Assembly: GCF_963921235.1 (NCBI RefSeq)
Contig: NC_086106.1
Span: forward strand, 24,366,001 to 24,430,000
Reading direction: 5' to 3'
Source: Mobula hypostoma
Lineage: Eukaryota
Length of the DNA: 64,000 nucleotides
A program made the position numbers and the translations under genes. This document shows positions 61,341 through 64,000 of this stretch, piece after piece. How positions within the stretch are numbered: the first letter of the stretch is position 1; every line of letters starts with the position of its first letter. Under the pieces are notes generated by a model that saw nothing but the letters and a program-made list of their open reading frames with translations, did not search any database and was not told the origin of the DNA.

Positions 61341-64000
61341 ACTGTTACGCTACTGGCGACAATGAATATTAATCGAGACAGGTTTTATGAAAACAACCAA
61401 AGATTTATTAAACACATATAAGCGATAGGGGAAAAAAAACACAAAGGAAAACTTTAACCGGAGGTTAAACGGGTAAGCAGCCGTTCATCAACTCCACTCA
61501 GCATTGGTTCTTAAAGCGTTAAATGCGGTAAAAGTTCTTAAAGCGATACAGCCAGATAGAACCATAGAACCATAGAAACTACAGGACAGAAACAGGCCCT
61601 TTGGCCCTTCTTGGCTGTGCCGAACCATTTTCTGCCTAGTCCCACTGACCTGCACACGGACCATATCCCTCCATACACCTCCCATCCATGTATCTGTCCA
61701 ATTTATTCCTAAATATTAAAACATAACCTGCATTTATCACCTCGTCTGGCAGCTCATTCCATACTCCCACCACTCTCTGTTTGAAGAAGCCCCCCCCCCC
61801 CAACCCCGCACCCTTAGCCCATGTCCTCTGTTCTTTTTTTTCTCTCCTTGCCTCAGTGGAACAAGCCTGCTTGCTTTCACTCTATCTATACTCATCATAA
61901 TTTTATATACCTCTATCAAATCTCCCCTCATTCTTCTACGCTCCAGGGAATAAAGTCCTAACCTATTCAATCTTTCTCTGTAACTGAGTTTCTCAAGTCC
62001 CGGCAACATCCTTGTAAACCTGCCCTCCACTCTTTCAACCTTATTAATATCCTTCCTGTAATTTGGTGACCAAAACTGAACACAATACTCCATATTCGGC
62101 CTCACCAATGCCTTATGCAACCTCATCATAATATTCCAGCTCTTATACTCAATACTTCGATTAATAAAGGCCAATGTACCAAAAGCTTTCTCTGCGACCC
62201 TATCTACCTGTGACGACACTTTTAGGGAATGTTGTATCTGTATTCCCAGATCACTCTGTTCCACTGCACTCCTCAGTGCCTTACCATTAACCCTGTATGT
62301 TCTACGTTGGTTTGTCCTTCCAACGTTCAATACCTCACACTTGTCAGTATTAATCTCCATCTGCCATTTTCAGCCCATTTTTCCAGCTGGTCCAAGTTGC
62401 TCTGCAGGCTTTGAAAACCTTCCCCACGGTCTACTACACCTCCAATCTTTGTATCATCAGCAAACTTGCTGATCCAATTTACCACATTATCATCCAGATC
62501 ATTGATATAGTGGACAAATAACAATGGACCCAGCACTGATCCCTGTGGTACACCACTAGTCACAGGCCTCCACTCAGAGAAGCAATTCTCTACCACCACT
62601 CTGTGGCTTCTTCCATCGAGCCAATGTCTAATCCAATTTACCACCTCTCCATATATACCTAGCGACTGAATTTTCCTAACTAACCTCCCATGCGGGACCT
62701 TGTCAAAGGCCTTACTGAAGTCCATGTAGACAATATCCACTGCCTTCCCTTCATCCACTTTCCTGGTAACCTCCTCGAAAAACTCCACAATAGATTGGTC
62801 AAACATGACCTACCACGCACAAAGTAATGTTCACTCTCCCTAATAAGCCCCTGTCTATCCAAATGCTTGTAGATTATGTCTCTTAGTACTCCCTCCAATA
62901 ACTTACCTACTACTGACGTTAAACTCACCGGCCTATAATTTCCCGGATTACTTTTCGATCCTTTTTTAAACAACGGAACAACACGAGCCACTCTCCAATC
63001 ATCCGGTACTTCACCCGTAGACAGCGACATTTAAAATATTTCTGCCAGGGCCCCCGAAATTTCAACACTAGTCTCCTTCAAGGTCCGAGGGGAACATTCT
63101 GTCAGGTTCCGGGGATTTATCCACTTTAACTTTTCTGAAGACAGCAAGCACCTCCTCTTTTTCAATCTGTACAGTTTCCATGGTCTCACTACTTGATTCG
63201 CTCAATTCCATAGATTTCATGTCAGCTTCCTTAGTAAATACAGATGCAAAAAAACCTATTTAAAATCTCCCCCATTTCCTTTGGTTCCGCACAAAGCTGA
63301 CCACTCTGATATTCAAGAGACCAATTTTATCCCTTATAATCCTTTTGCTCTTAATATACTTGTAAAAGCTCTTTGGATTATCCTCCACTTTCTTAGTTCT
63401 TAAAGCGATAATTTCGAAAGTCCAACAGTTTTACGCAATGAATTGTGAGAGACTTCGCTGGAGAAGGAATTCTTCACAGACGCACCTTTACCGTCGGTTC
63501 TGTCCACAGGATTCCCGATGCCGAAAATAAACAGTTTGAATCGTCTGATCTTAAATTCCTTTTAAAGAGAGACAGCCTTTGTGCATGAAGTCATTGCGCT
63601 ATTGCAAGGGTTATCTCGATGCAGGTTCTCTTCAACGAAGACTCAATAAGGTCGATTCTTTATTAAAGTGCCAATCGACGCGGACCCCTCGATCCTTCAC
63701 TTCGATGAATTCTTCACGCTCCCTTGAAATCTGTCGGAATTGAGTAAATTGGCACTTCCAGCAACAAATTTCCATTTCAAATACAATATCTCGTCAGAGA
63801 ACGCACCTTCGGTTTTAAAAATGAAACTGCGTCACAATAAACAAACACACAACAGAAACGGAGGCACAACACGTTCGACCTGGAAATCTGCAAACTCAAA
63901 AACCTACTGCGTATCTGAGTCGACCCTTATATCGTCACGGGGCACATGTCATCACGTAACCTCGCAACGGTGGGAAACTCACATCAGGTGACCTCCAAAA
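61341..64000. mobile_element. Probable LTR-like repeat hosting the CR1 insertion
   Basis: Begins TGTTACG with a reverse-strand AATAAA nearby; sequence is continuous across the CR1 once one 16-bp repeat is removed; no internal ORF seen. Confidence 0.35.
61549..63394 (-). mobile_element. Young 5'-truncated CR1 LINE with (ATAGAACC)-type tail
   Basis: GNYRPVSLTSVVGKLLE, YMDFSKAFDKVPH, GVPQGSVLGPLLFVHYINDLD, KFADDTK, RPNMEYCVQFWSP; tail accatagaaccatagaa at 61560. Confidence 0.95.

Overview
Repeat-rich vertebrate genomic DNA, most likely from a cartilaginous fish (inferred from the two-exon GPR139-like receptor family and the CR1/L2/Penelope/Gypsy repeat mix). It has one 160-N assembly gap (23487-23646). 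Two host genes can be supported, both on the minus strand. The first is an apparently intact T-cell receptor alpha/delta-type V segment: leader exon 44050-44095, V exon 43652-43958, and a recombination signal with a 22-nt spacer. The second is a two-exon GPR139-like class A GPCR pseudogene (8904-10809) with one in-frame stop and one frameshift. The rest is mostly mobile DNA: an old PNMA-gag Gypsy element nested in a CR1 (ATTG target duplication); a young tandem LTR-int-LTR-int-LTR Gmr1-like element whose middle LTR is a recombinant of the outer two; several Penelope-like fragments, two with intact minimal hammerhead ribozyme motifs and two forming palindromic mini-elements; and CR1, L2-like, L1 and probable Chapaev3 fragments. 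There is also a 276-bp fold-back element and an ancient 3-4 kb segmental duplication. All alignments were done by eye with no database searches, so family names are pattern recognition and the edges of old repeats are approximate.
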